This document shows, one piece after another, positions 1 to 15,633 of a stretch of DNA of 64,000 nucleotides. Both the position numbers and the translations under genes were made by a program. Position 1 is the stretch's first letter, and each line of letters starts with the position of its first letter. The stretch spans positions 29,711 through 93,710 of the forward strand of contig NIVC01003518.1 of the NCBI GenBank assembly GCA_002269645.1, read 5' to 3'. The notes under the pieces were generated by a model. It was not told where the DNA came from. It worked only from the letters and a program-made list of their open reading frames with translations, and did not search any database. The stretch comes from Macrostomum lignano (lineage: Eukaryota).

Positions 1-3000
1 TGAGCACATAGCCAATTGCTCGGTCGGCGCGCTGCGCGTCGACAAACTGTTGCCGCGTCATCGGCAACCTCATAAAATCGGTGAGCACGGCGCGGCATGG
101 CTGAGGGTTCATGACTCCCGCAGTCTCCGCTTCTGTGGCTCGCAGTTGATCACACGACTCCGTCTTGTCGGCGTCAGGATTAGGTCGCTCCGAGGGACTT
201 TGTTTCACAACGTCGGCGTACGATCGCTGATCTCGTTTCGAAGTTCTCATCGTCGCTCTCTTGACAGGAATTTCCGCAGCTGGAGCAGTGCACTTGCCTC
301 CACTGCACAGCCCAGGCGACTCTTGGCTGTAGGGCGAGACGCAACACGTGAAGCACGCCTCGTCACAAGCAGCCGTAGCCGTCGGCTCGATCATCGTCGT
401 CATTGGGTGAGTCTTCTCCAGCACTGGGCGGTGTCGCAAAGGGGGACTCGACTGTCCGCACAGGCGATGAGCAGCTGTCTGTCGGCTCGGGGGACAGAGC
501 GTTGACCTTGCAGCCGTCGCGAGAGTATGGCCTCTGTCAACACGGCGAGAACTCTCAGCGCAAAACTCCGGGGAGTTGAACTTACATTGCTGGTCTGGAT
601 TCGCGTTGTGGGCTGTCATCAGAAGGGCTGCTTGTTCAGTGGCCTCTGAGTCGTGGTCCATGGGCGTCTCCAGATTCCGAGACCCGCAGTCTTGGACATC
701 ATCAAGGAGGTCTACGTCAGCAGTGGCCTCCGAGGGTTTGTCCGGGCGAATCTCCAAGTAACGGCAGTCGGCGTGGGCGTCGCTGCGGAGGGCTGAGGTG
801 TCAGTGGCCTCCGGGTTGGTGTCCAAACCGGTCTCCAGGCGTTGACTGCAGCGATGGTTGTCGTGCTGAAGGACTGCTGGCGCAGTGGCCTCCAGGTCTT
901 CGGCCAGGGCAGTTTCGGCCTCCTTGTTGCGAGTGTGGACCTTCTTCGAAAGGGCTGGTCTTGCAGTGGCCTTCCGGGTGGTGTCCAGGTCCGGCTCCAA
1001 GCTGGTGTCATCATCGTGTCGGGCTGCAGAATCGGGATGCTCAAGCAGTCGGCCGTGCTCGAAGTCAACCGGTGGTGTCTCCGGGCGTCTTGACAGGGCG
1101 TCAGCGTTGGCGTGGTCCTTGCCTTTGCGATGGTGAAGCTGGAAGCGGAACTCGCTTAATCGCTCAATCCAACGGCCCAAGATGCCTGTGACCTGCGTCT
1201 GGTTCAGCAGCCACAGCAAGGCCCGATGGTCAGAACGAACTTCAAACTTCTTGCCGATTAAATAATGACGGAAATGTCGCATCGCGTCCACGATTGCAAG
1301 CAGCTCTTTCTTCGTGACCGTGTAGCGCTTCTCAGGATCACGAAGCTTCCGGCTAAAGAATGCAATTGGGCGCTCGACGCCGTCGGATTGCCGTTGTCCA
1401 AGACAAGCGCCTATGCGAATGTCTGAGGCATCCGTGTCTAGGACAAACTTCACATTAGGATCTGAGTTAAACTCAGGCAGAGCGAGAACTTCAGTCGAAC
1501 ACAACTTCTTCTTCAACGTGTCGAACGCTACCTGGTGCTCATCAGTCCAATGCTGCCGCAGGCTGCCGATGTCCTTTCGAGTCAGGGCATGTAGCGGCGC
1601 AGCAAATCCAGCGTAGCCGTTGACAAACTTGTGGTAGTAATTGGCGAGGCCTAGGAATTGTCTCAGTTGAGTAACGGACTGTGGCACGGGCCAATCACGG
1701 ATCTGCGCAATCTTGTCCTCACAGGTCTTCAGGCCGTCGGGAGTCACGACGTGGCCTAGATAATGCAGCTCCTTGAGGAACAAATGGCACTTCTTCGGCT
1801 TGACCTTGAGGTTGGCTGCGATAATCCGCTGGAGTACAGTCCGCAGGTTGTCCAGCTGCTCCTCGAAGGTCACGGAGTGCACCACGATGTCATCCATGTA
1901 GCCAAGCGCAGTCTTTGGCGTCAGGCCGTCCAGGAGCTTATTGATGCAACGCTGAAAGCTGCCTGGACTATCGTGGAGACCCATCGGCAGAACATTGAAA
2001 CAGAATTGTCCGCGGTCAATCACAGAGAACGCCGTCAGGTGCTGATCGCAGTCGCGCAGCGGGATCTGCCAGAATCCTTGAGCGAGATCCAAGCTAGAGT
2101 ACCACTGGGCACCACGCAGCTTCGCGAAGGTCTCCTGAATGTGCGGCAGCGGGTACGGGTGGTACACACACTTGTCGTTGAGAGCTCTGAAGTCATGCAC
2201 CAGCCTGATGTTTCCGTCCTTCTTGGGCACTATCAGCATTGGCGAGTTGTAGCTAGAATAAGCCGGGCGAATGATGTGCTTCGCCAGCATCTCGTCTAGC
2301 AGGGCGTCTAGCTTGTCCTTCAGATGAGGCGGGATCCTGCGCGGTGGTAGCGCAACTGGTGTCCGATCCTTCAGGATGATCTCGTGGGTCACCAAGTGTG
2401 TCAGGCCAGCGTCTAGCAGATGCTTCGAGAAGGCTGCTTGACACTCAACTAGTAGATCTCGCACTCTCTGTCGTTGATCTTCGGACAGCTCGCTGTTGAT
2501 CTCGACTTCCTCTAGCCAAGCTGTGCTGGACTCTTCAGGGCTCCTTGGCAAATGTCGCACTTCAGGTTCCGGCGTCTCTTCCAGGTACATCAGGTCGGCA
2601 GTTCTAAGTGGTGTCGCAACACCAACGCGGATGCCCGACTGCAGGAACACCTCGCAGTCAGCAGTGTTGACGACCTCGATGTAGCCTCGACCTTCAGGCA
2701 TCGTCATCAGAGCTGGAGCTGCTTCCAGAGTGTTGCAGCTGGGGTGCAGTCTCGACTTCACCAGCTCGACGATTGATGGCGATCCTCGGTTCTCGGGGTG
2801 GCCGACATCCAACTGGACGGCCAACAGCGCTGAGCTTCTCGGCGGCAGAGTGCACTTCTCGGAGGTGTACACCCGGCATGATTGAAGCTCACGGCGCGAA
2901 TAGCGAACGGGAATGCACGCGCCATTGTTGAACTTTAACATTCCTTGCGCAAAGTCCAAGTTTTGGCAGTGTTCACGCATGAAATTAATACCAAGCAAAT

Positions 3001-3003
3001 TTT
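1..3003 (-). CDS. pol: Gypsy pol, main frame: end of protease, dUTPase-like spacer, RT, RNase H, long linker and start of integrase region (no stop before the window edge)
   Basis: Manual translation, absent from the ORF track because it is open-ended: LLGINFM...SPMLIVPKKDGNIRLVHDFRALN...LDLAQGFWQIPL...PMGLHDSPGSFQ...GYMDDIVV...YLGHVV...FLGLANYY...TDASDIRIGACL...ELLAIVDAMRHFRHYL...SDHRAL...NADALSRR...FVDAQRADRAIGYVL. Confidence 0.9.
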
Positions 3004-3477
3004 CAAATCGGTGACCGTGACCAGGAATTCGGTGTCCGCGACGACATCACCAAACTCCACCGGGATGATCACCTTACACGCAAGGGGTAGCTGCGTACCG
3101 TCGTACATGGTCACGCAATCCGGGATAGCATGCGATATGATACAACGAGGCATCCGACGTCTAACATTGGCCCAGGTCGACGCTCCAAGAAAGTTTTTCC
3201 GGCTGCCGCTGTCTAGCAGGAAGGGAACCTCTCGGCCCGCCAATCGGCCGGTGACGTACGGATCGGCCTCACGCGCATGGATTTTTTGATCATCGGAGGT
3301 GTCCACGAAACCTCCGGGCTCAGCCTCACTTACTGATGAGCGACTGTCGGACTGGGCATTGGCGCCTGCGCAGCCGACATCCTCTTCTTCTGGTGAGCGT
3401 TCGGAGTCTGCCAAGTAGCCGGGGCTTGGGCTCTGCGGAGGGCGTTGCCGTGGGCGCTCTCCGTCTCGCCGTTTCCC
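2935..3477 (-). CDS. Gypsy aspartic protease region of pol, entered by -1 frameshift from gag; a 1-nt frameshift near 3000 separates it from the rest of pol
   Basis: GREVPFLLDSGSRKNF catalytic motif. The frame must shift at gatttgaaaatttgcttggt (about 2990-3010) to recover the C-terminal LLGINFM motif. Confidence 0.85.
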   Translation of the reverse strand, partial: GKRRDGERPRQRPPQSPSPGYLADSERSPEEEDVGCAGANAQSDSRSSVSEAEPGGFVDTSDDQKIHAREADPYVTGRLAGREVPFLLDSGSRKNFLGASTWANVRRRMPRCIISHAIPDCVTMYDGTQLPLACKVIIPVEFGDVVADTEFLVTVTDLKICLVLISCVNTAKTWTLRKEC

Positions 3478-4499
3478 TGGTTCTGGCGTAACGGGCACTG
3501 TGCATTGCGATGACCAGGCTGACCGCAGCCATAGCAGATCATGGCTTTCGAAGGCGGACTCGTCTTCTGCTGCTGGTCACGCTGCACCAGGTTGTCTAGC
3601 AGTCGCTGCTGTTTCTCTAGCAGATCAGTCAGAGCCAGGAGAGCTTGAGCGGTGGCGTCGGGCGTCGGGTCACCGTCGCGCTCCCCGTTCAGCATGCGAA
3701 CCGGGGGTTGAGCAGAGCGCTGCGCCAGTTCCTTGGCGCCTTCCAGACGATGGAGTTCTCGAATAGCGGCCAGCAGATTGTTCGGGCGGACCCAATAGAG
3801 CCGCTCGCGCAGATCTGGTGTCGTCCTGATGCCAGCTAGGAACTGATCAGCCAGCTCCCGCTCTCGATCCTCAGGGTGCATTCGAGGGTACGCTCGCTCT
3901 CCCAAGGTGCGCAGGGCATCAGCGTACTCTTCTGCTGACTCATTCTTGCCTTGCTGACGGCGCCTCAGCAGCTCTCGATATTCATCCGCGCCACCGTGGC
4001 GGGCGAATCTCTCGATCAGTCGCTGCCTGACCTCCTCGTAGCCAGCATAGCGTGGGAGGTGCATACTGAGCAGAGCCGGGTAAGCGGTTGCCAGATCTAG
4101 ACTCGCAACGAGGTGCTGCTTCATCTCGATCGGGTCTTCGATACGCTCCATCTCGCAGCGCTGCTCGAACGCGGCGAGCCAGACGTGGATGTCCTGGCTG
4201 GGCGTGTACTTTACAATCTTAACAGATTTGCTTACCGGCCGCTCCATCTGCTGCTGCAGAGCTGCCATCATCGTTCTCACATCCTGGGGCCTGATGTTCT
4301 GGCCGAGGTCGTCCAAACCTGGCAGAAGCTCGTCTGGCGGGTCTTCGGACACTTCGCTTCTCGCACTTCGCCGCGGCATCTGCTGACCAAGGTCGTTGAC
4401 CGCTGCTGCTGCGGCAGCCGATGCTGCTGCAGGTCTCGAACTGCTGATGTGCTGATCCAGCCGGCTGCTGCACCGGCTCTCTTCTCTCTCGTTAAACAT
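3330..4499 (-). CDS. gag: Gypsy Gag with CCHC zinc knuckle
   Basis: 389-aa ORF with a retrotransposon capsid-like segment (QGKNESAEEYADALRTLGERAYP...DQFLAGI) and CYGCGQPGHRNAQC. Confidence 0.93.
   Translation of the reverse strand: MFNEREESRCSSRLDQHISSSRPAAASAAAAAAVNDLGQQMPRRSARSEVSEDPPDELLPGLDDLGQNIRPQDVRTMMAALQQQMERPVSKSVKIVKYTPSQDIHVWLAAFEQRCEMERIEDPIEMKQHLVASLDLATAYPALLSMHLPRYAGYEEVRQRLIERFARHGGADEYRELLRRRQQGKNESAEEYADALRTLGERAYPRMHPEDRERELADQFLAGIRTTPDLRERLYWVRPNNLLAAIRELHRLEGAKELAQRSAQPPVRMLNGERDGDPTPDATAQALLALTDLLEKQQRLLDNLVQRDQQQKTSPPSKAMICYGCGQPGHRNAQCPLRQNQGNGETESAHGNALRRAQAPATWQTPNAHQKKRMSAAQAPMPSPTVAHQ
3471..3477 (-). promoter_or_regulatory. -1 programmed ribosomal frameshift slippery heptamer G-GGA-AAC (gag to pol)
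   Basis: On the minus strand, CAG GGA AAC is in the gag frame; a -1 slip gives GGG AAA CGG (GKR), the protease ORF frame. A GC-rich stem-forming sequence follows. Confidence 0.75.
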
Positions 4500-4608
4500 T
4501 TCAAACTAGTAGAATAGCCGAATTCTTACTCGAAAGAGCGGTTGTCTTGGGTGTAGTAGTAGTCGAATCTTGACTTGTCGGATCCCAGATAGTCGTGTCG
4601 TTGACTCG

Positions 4609-4632
4609 TCGAATCCCACCGCTGAGTCACCA
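4609..4632 (-). promoter_or_regulatory. Primer-binding site, tRNA-Leu-like with a 2-nt bulge
   Basis: Minus strand reads ...TACTTCA-t-TGGTGACTCAGCGGTGGGATTCGA. It is complementary to a tRNA 3' end of the type TCGAATCCCACCGCTG(..)TCACCA and lies 1 nt after a CA LTR end. Confidence 0.7.
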
Positions 4633-4633
4633 A

Positions 4634-5235
4634 TGAAGTATAGGTGTCTTGCCTGTGGTTGTCTAGAGGCCTTCAATAGGAACGCTGCCCCGGTGAAGTA
4701 CAGTTGCTTGAGCTCCTCTGGGAAGTCTCCGGGTTGATCTAGTAGCGTTGGTAGTGCTGCCACCAGCTTCGCAGAGTCGCAGCCTTCGGTGAGGTGCTGA
4801 GCTCGTAGAAGCAAATAACTAAGACGAGAGAAAGAGACTCGCACTTCGTGCAGATTTAGCAGTTCTCGCGCAGAGGTGCCCACCGTCAGCAGTCCCTGCC
4901 GGGCTGGTGCGGGGTGAGAGCGAAAGTGCTAGCTTCGGGCGATCCGAGCTGGCCTGCTAATTGATAGCAGGAACAATCAGAGGCAGTCACGCGCAAAGTC
5001 GGGAGTTTGGAGTTCACTTGAAGCGCAGACTTGGCACACAACTTAGAGTTCGCTAGAAACGAAACGGAAGGAACGCTAGGAAAGCTTGGAAAGCTAGGAA
5101 CGCGAGGAACGGTAGGAACGCTTGTCTGAGCCAAGCCATGAGAGGGGCCGCATTTATAGGGAGGATCGATTGCACCATAGCACGAAAGGCCCCCGCTGAG
5201 AGTCATAAGTGACTCTGTTGCTATTTTTAGCAACA
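4634..5235 (-). repeat. Putative 5' LTR (~600 bp) of the Gypsy element
   Basis: The inner end is fixed by the CA adjacent to the PBS. The outer end TGTTGC at 5235 is tentative. A minus-strand TATAAA lies at about 5153-5158. The second LTR is outside the window. Confidence 0.45.
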
Positions 5236-5862
5236 AACAAGCGGGCCCTGCCTCAGAGGAGGCAAGGGGGGGGTCCGGGCGCACGTGATCTCCCCATAAA
5301 CACGAGCCCAGCGTACAATGATGAAATCATTGCACTTTGGACTAAAGAAGGAAGAGGGCCTTGTCATGTGACTGACTCACATGACAAGGGGAAACGGCCC
5401 ACAAGTGAAGGCACTCGTGACCGTGGGACCGGAAAACAGAAAGGCACTCCAAATTTGGAGATGCCTGACAGAGAACGAAACAGAGGCAGGCCAGACCAAG
5501 CTGTCTGGGCACTGCAAAAGGGAAAACGAGACAAAAGGGGGCAAACGAGGACAAACAGACAGACAGACAAACGAGCAGAGGACAGGCCAGGGGACAGGCG
5601 GGGGGGAACAGGCAACTGCCCAGCGGCAGACAGAAACCTGGGGAGAAGGCGAGGGCAAGGGGGGCAAACGGCAACTTAAACCGAGGGACTCTGTGACATC
5701 CGCCAGCTTTTCGTTTTTCGAGGAGGCTCTTCCCCCTCCTTTTCGTTCTGGCCTGGCGTGGAAGCGGCTAGCTTCCTCGTCTTGGTCTGCTGGTGGGGGA
5801 CGGATCCCCCCTGCTGCTTTTTTGCGGGGCAGGTGGCTGCTAAGTAGTTGGCTGCTGGCTAA

Positions 5863-10948
<5,086 letters not shown>

Positions 10949-11092
10949 TCCTTGTGCTCTTTTACCTTGGGGGTTGCGATAGGGGCCTCGCGGCCTATTC
11001 GCGGCGCCTGCGCCCCCCGTCAGTAGTAGTAGTAAGGCGAGGGCAACAGCTGACTAGTGCGGCGCCTAACTAAACTAGCGACTCACTACACT

Positions 11093-11419
11093 ATGCTAGG
11101 CGATGAAGTTGACCTGCTAACTAGAAGCTACTCAAGTGCGACAGTCAACCACGAGCTCATCAAACGACTGTGCAACTGCTCTGAAGTTGTTGACCGACTG
11201 AAACTGATTCTACTTGAGATGGATAGCTTAATGACGGTCAGACATCATTTTGGAATCGACTCGAGTAACCAAGCTATCTCTGGTGGACAAGCCGAAACAA
11301 TTCTAAGAAATTTGCGTGAAAGAGAGCTCTTATCGGCAAGAGATCTCGGATCGGCCTTTAAAAAGTGCGGCTGCTTAAATGGTCTACGAATTCTGCGAGA
11401 TTTTGAGACGAGTAATTAA
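11093..11419 (+). CDS. Small 108-aa helical protein, possibly a death-fold (Death domain-like) protein
   Basis: Intact ORF from ATG 11093 with AATAAA at 11597-11602. The pattern IKRL..EVVDRLKLIL...FGI...AETILRNL...SARDLGSAFKKCG...ILRDF resembles Pelle/IRAK-type death domains by eye only. Confidence 0.35.
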   Translation: MLGDEVDLLTRSYSSATVNHELIKRLCNCSEVVDRLKLILLEMDSLMTVRHHFGIDSSNQAISGGQAETILRNLRERELLSARDLGSAFKKCGCLNGLRILRDFETSN

Positions 11420-12390
11420 GCCGGGTTGTGTGCAGATGCCCATGATACCCAAACTATATGTGCGTTTGATCATAACCCAGCAAAGCTAGCTAAGTCACGT
11501 AGGGTGCAGTGTTTGCAAATTTTATTTATTCGCGTCGACCAGAAACACCTAGCATTCATATTTGGAAAAAAAACACACGCATTAAAAAACAAACGAAATA
11601 AAAAGCTAATATATTGAAAACTCAGTAAAATTTAATGGCCTAGAATTAATGAAGAGTCGAGTGTGATTAACATTTTTTAAAAGTAAGCATCCAAGAAAAA
11701 CATTCAGGTACGATTTTGTCATAGAAACTTCACATGAATAACTTTTTTGTTTGTAATAAAGTCTGATTTGTCTATTCTGCAACGATAAATGGCTCTGCAT
11801 AGTTTACATTTTGTAAACCTAGCCGGTACATCGCAAAGTGAAACTGTCTACGTATCAACGCGTGAAATTGTTATAACTATACCATGTATATCACACATAC
11901 AAAAACGCGATATATTAAACAAGACAAAACCAACAAAAGCACCCTTGATGTTAACTCTTCGCACATTAAAATGTTTTATTTTCTTCAAGTAATTACATTG
12001 TATACGATATGAACCTAAAACAGCTAGTGTTTTTTATTGACAATGTAAACTCGCATGACTCGCATGAATTTATAACTCGCATGATTATTTCAATCCATTT
12101 TGATAACGGTATAATATAACTATGTTGTACGAGTTTTCTTCAACCTAAGTCAGACTTTTCATTTCTATTAAACTTCTTTTAATACGTCTGCAAATATATC
12201 ATGAGAAGGAGGATTGTAAGCTCAGCAGTATGAAAGCTTACATTTTTATCTACTAGCTTTTGTGATCCTCGAACTCCGAGCACTGTTACAACCGAAGCAA
12301 GTAGCTACAGCGACCGCCACAAGCCGTATTACAGTGCAATAGCCAGTTACGTATTCTATGCATAAAAAGAGTTTTCACGACGGAAAGTCA

Positions 12391-13030
12391 ACTCTCGCTC
12401 CTTAGATCTCCACTCTCGCTCCCAGATCTCCACTCTCCCTCCCAGATCTCCACTCTCGCTCCCAGATCTCCACTCTCCCTCCCAGATCTCCACTCTCCCT
12501 CCCAGATCTCCACTCTCGCTCCCAGATCTCCACTCTCCCTCCCAGATCTCCACTCTCGCTCCCAGATCTCCGCTCTCGCTCCCAGATCTCCACTCTCCCT
12601 CCCAGATCTCCACTCTCGCTCCCAGATCTCCACTCTCCCTCCCAGATCTCCACTTTCGCTCCCAGATCTCCACTCTCGCTCCCAGATCTCCACTCTCCCT
12701 CCCAGATCTCCACTCTCGCTCCCAGATCTCCACTCTCCCTCCCAGATCTCCACTCTCGCTCCCAGATCTCCGCTCTCGCTCCCAGATCTCCACTCTCCCT
12801 CCCAGATCTCCACTCTCCCTCCCAGATCTCCACTCTCGCTCCCAGATCTCCACTCTCCCTCCCAGATCTCCACTCTCGCTCCCAGATCTCCACTCTCCCT
12901 CCCAGATCTCCACTCTCCCTCCCAGATCTCCACTCTCCCTCCCAGATCTCCACTCTCGCTCCCAGATCTCCACTCTCCCTCCCAGATCTCCACTCTCGCA
13001 CTCTCCCACTTTCCGTTCCAGATCTCTCAC
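12391..13030. repeat. 20-bp tandem satellite, array A (CCCAGATCTCCACTCTC[G/C]CT)n, about 30 units
   Basis: Direct reading; the array degenerates toward 13100. Confidence 0.97.
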
Positions 13031-13342
13031 TATTTAAGATCCCAATTGACACTCTTAGATCCCTTAATCTCACTCTCAAATCCCCAATCTACTACCTAGA
13101 TCCAAATCTAAACTACATATCCATCTACAGTAAAAGATGAACGTTTTTTTGCATTGCGAAAGGACGATTTTAAACAAAAATTGCTCATATCAGTGCGTTC
13201 TTCTTTACTGTAATTAGCACTTAAGTAATACCTTGTCACGTTATTGGCGTAGAGGCTATGACCCTTAGAAGGGCCGTTTTACGAGAGTTGTCGTAAGTCG
13301 TAGTCCCAAAATGAATCGAGTCAAGTCTTGATAAGCGGATTG

Positions 13343-13890
13343 TGTAGCGGAGCACTTGGCATACAAGGCAGGTAACTGCCGTAGTTGTTTTATTGTTGAG
13401 ATCAATATTCAAATTTGGTTAATGTTAATACAGAACTTATTGTGCTTTTGGGACACTGGCGGCTGCAACAATGGTTTTGAATTGAAGGTGAATTAGAAAT
13501 TGTAGTCGAGTGGTAGGCGAGTGATGCAAGGCGATGCAACGTGGTGAGTAACGGCGATGAGCACAGCAGTGGCAGATGCGTAGTGGTGAGATTGGCGCTA
13601 GCCGTGGCAGACAGTGGCAGGCAGTGTAAACAGGCTGGCCCAGACAGAGGAGCCGTGGCGAGAGATAAGGAGGCTCGAGACAGAAGGCAGGAGAAGGAAA
13701 ACAAGAGCCGCGAAGTGAGGAGGCCCCCAGCCCGCCGCCAGGCGGGGTTAATAAAGAGCGCAAAAGGGGGTAGCGTAAAACACGGAGAGTTTTCATTGGC
13801 TGGCGAGAGAACTTGAAATTATCGATCGTGCCAAAATTCACAGACGGGCGCAAGGCCTACCAAATACACAGTGAATTAGCAGTTGATACA
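13343..13890. mobile_element. Possible solo LTR
   Basis: TGTA...TACA ends flanked by GATTG and GATTA (4 of 5 match as a TSD); GC content higher than the flanks; minus-strand AATAAA near 13388-13393. Confidence 0.25.
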
Positions 13891-14384
13891 GATTATTTGC
13901 ACGCTACTATAAGTAAACGTTAAAATAAACTATTGGAGAAATTAAAATGAGAAATTGCGAGGGAAACTATAGTCCAACGGCCCTTTTGCGGGACCACTTA
14001 AACTAGCAACGTCACAACCTTGTTTTCTAACCTCGCTCCTATATTTTGCCCACTTTGTCAACTACCAAAAGCATTTATATAGCTTACTGCGGCAACTGTT
14101 CTCAGTACAAACTATTCAACAACTACAGACTTCCGGCTCCGAAAAAATGTGTTTCTATTTCTATATTAAAAAAATTGTCTGCTTTAAAGACAAAATGCAA
14201 AAGCGACTTCTTTAGGAGACCAGTAAAGATTGAATTGAAGCCTTTAGAATGAAAAGTGTTTCCATTTACTTAAAGTAGCTACTTTCTATTGAACATTTTG
14301 CTTTCATAGACAATTCGTTGTCAGGCGCTGCGACCGATGATTCTTTGCATTGTTCTGCATAAAAAATACAATCAATGGATAAAT

Positions 14385-14479
14385 AATCAGCGGTCCCAGT
14401 GCGTGACAACGATTGTCTGGCGAGCGCCGGTAGGCGCGAGCCATAGACAAATCGTTTTCACGTGCTGCGACCGCTGATT
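14385..14479. repeat. Imperfect palindrome (~45-bp arms, GGTA loop), probable non-autonomous palindromic element
   Basis: aatcagcggtcccagtgcgtgacaacgattgtct..gcgcc-ggta-ggcgc..agacaaatcgttttcacgtgctgcgaccgctgatt. A 28-bp piece is also directly repeated at 14329. Confidence 0.7.
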
Positions 14480-14933
14480 CTTTGCATTGTTTTTCTGTTT
14501 GACGATCCTACAGACAATGCATTGTTTGTAGTAATGGATTGTTCTGCATTAAAAATGTGAATAATGATCGTCAAATTGCTAAACAATGACAATGACCGTC
14601 AAATTGCAGCTAAACAATGGCATTCGATGCGAGAGACTAACTAAAGTAGACTGCTAAAATATGGACCAACTTATTTAAATCGAAATTCATTTCAGAATGT
14701 AAAACTTCCGCATCTTTCTACCAGCTAGCTTTCTCGTCAGCCTTTTTTGCTTCTACATATACTGTTATCAGAAACTTTAAACAAAAGCTTACGACTAGCT
14801 AATTAAGTACGCTCGCACATGAAAAAAAATGTATTATCGTTTTATAACTTTATATAGCAAAATATATAGAAAGAGCAAATCACAGAATACGGAGCAAATA
14901 GCCTAGCTGATTATGTCTCAGTACCATGCATGT

Positions 14934-15400
14934 CAAAAGGAGTTAGTATATTCACTCAAGTGCATAATGTCCACACACACAATGAGTTTGCATGAGTTTT
15001 TAGTTCGACAAGTTTCGCAAAGCCGTGAAGAATTTCTAAAAAGTTAGTTATATTAAATTAAAGTAAAATAAAGTGCATACTAATTTCGGTCCAATTTATG
15101 AGTGAAAAATTTCTCTGAGTATTCATAAGTGCATACGGATATATTTACCATAAATAGGCTCTGACTGAGCTCCACAAGGTCTTTGTCGTCAAATTTTACT
15201 ACTTAGTTATCAACTGTGCTAATTATCGGCATACAAGCTACATCAGCATCAACCAGATTACTCAACTACAGCGCTAAACTAACGCAGGAACCAATTTTGA
15301 ATTTCGTTTTAGGATATAAGTATATTAAAAGCACGTTGCATAGAGAGAATACTTTCTCGGCAAGGACATGCAGAGTGCGGGACTTCTTGAATGGGCTTTC
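14934..15400 (+). repeat. Dispersed repeat, copy 1 (homologous to 17932-18520)
   Basis: Shared blocks such as ttctctgagtattcataag, gatatatttaccata, aaaagcacgttgcatag and tactttctcggcaaggacatg..gagtgcgggacttcttgaat. Confidence 0.85.
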
Positions 15401-15633
15401 TGGCACTGGCACTTAAGGGACAGAATTGGGAGAAATTGATCGGCTCCATTGTATTTGGTTTCAGCTTTACAATAGCTATTTTTGTGGGGGGTTAAGTTAT
15501 CGAAAAAAATATAAATATTATTATCAATAACCATCCTACACATACATTTCACAATTTCACAATAACAGGTTACAGTAATACGCTTCTTTAAAAGCCTTCA
15601 ACGTCTAAACTTCCGTATAATTTTCATAAAATT

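Larger units (their letters stand above)
1..5235 (-). mobile_element. Ty3/Gypsy LTR retrotransposon, 5' part; continues past the left window edge
   Basis: Minus-strand order is LTR, PBS, gag (CCHC), protease (LLDSGS), RT (YMDD), RNase H (DAS...ELLA...DH...ADALSR), then the start of the pre-integrase region. This PR-RT-RH-INT order is Gypsy-type. Confidence 0.95.

Noticed and set aside
1763-2299. Plus-strand ORFs overlapping the Gypsy and minus-strand ORFs overlapping the LINE, KIAA2012-like exons and Maverick genes
   Set aside because: They are antisense shadows of GC-rich coding sequence with no independent motifs.
4754-4763. TGGTGGCAGC on the minus strand as an alternative PBS
   Set aside because: Complementarity stops after 10 nt and there is no adjacent CA LTR end; the 4609-4632 site is much better.
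4506-4883. 125-aa minus-strand ORF upstream of gag as an accessory gene
   Set aside because: It starts at GTG and runs across the LTR/PBS junction at 4609-4634, with no recognisable motif; most likely a chance ORF.
14046-14252. YCGNC motif as an additional upstream module of the Cys-rich gene
   Set aside because: It lacks the CxxCxxxxCN half, a partner A exon and a suitable donor site.
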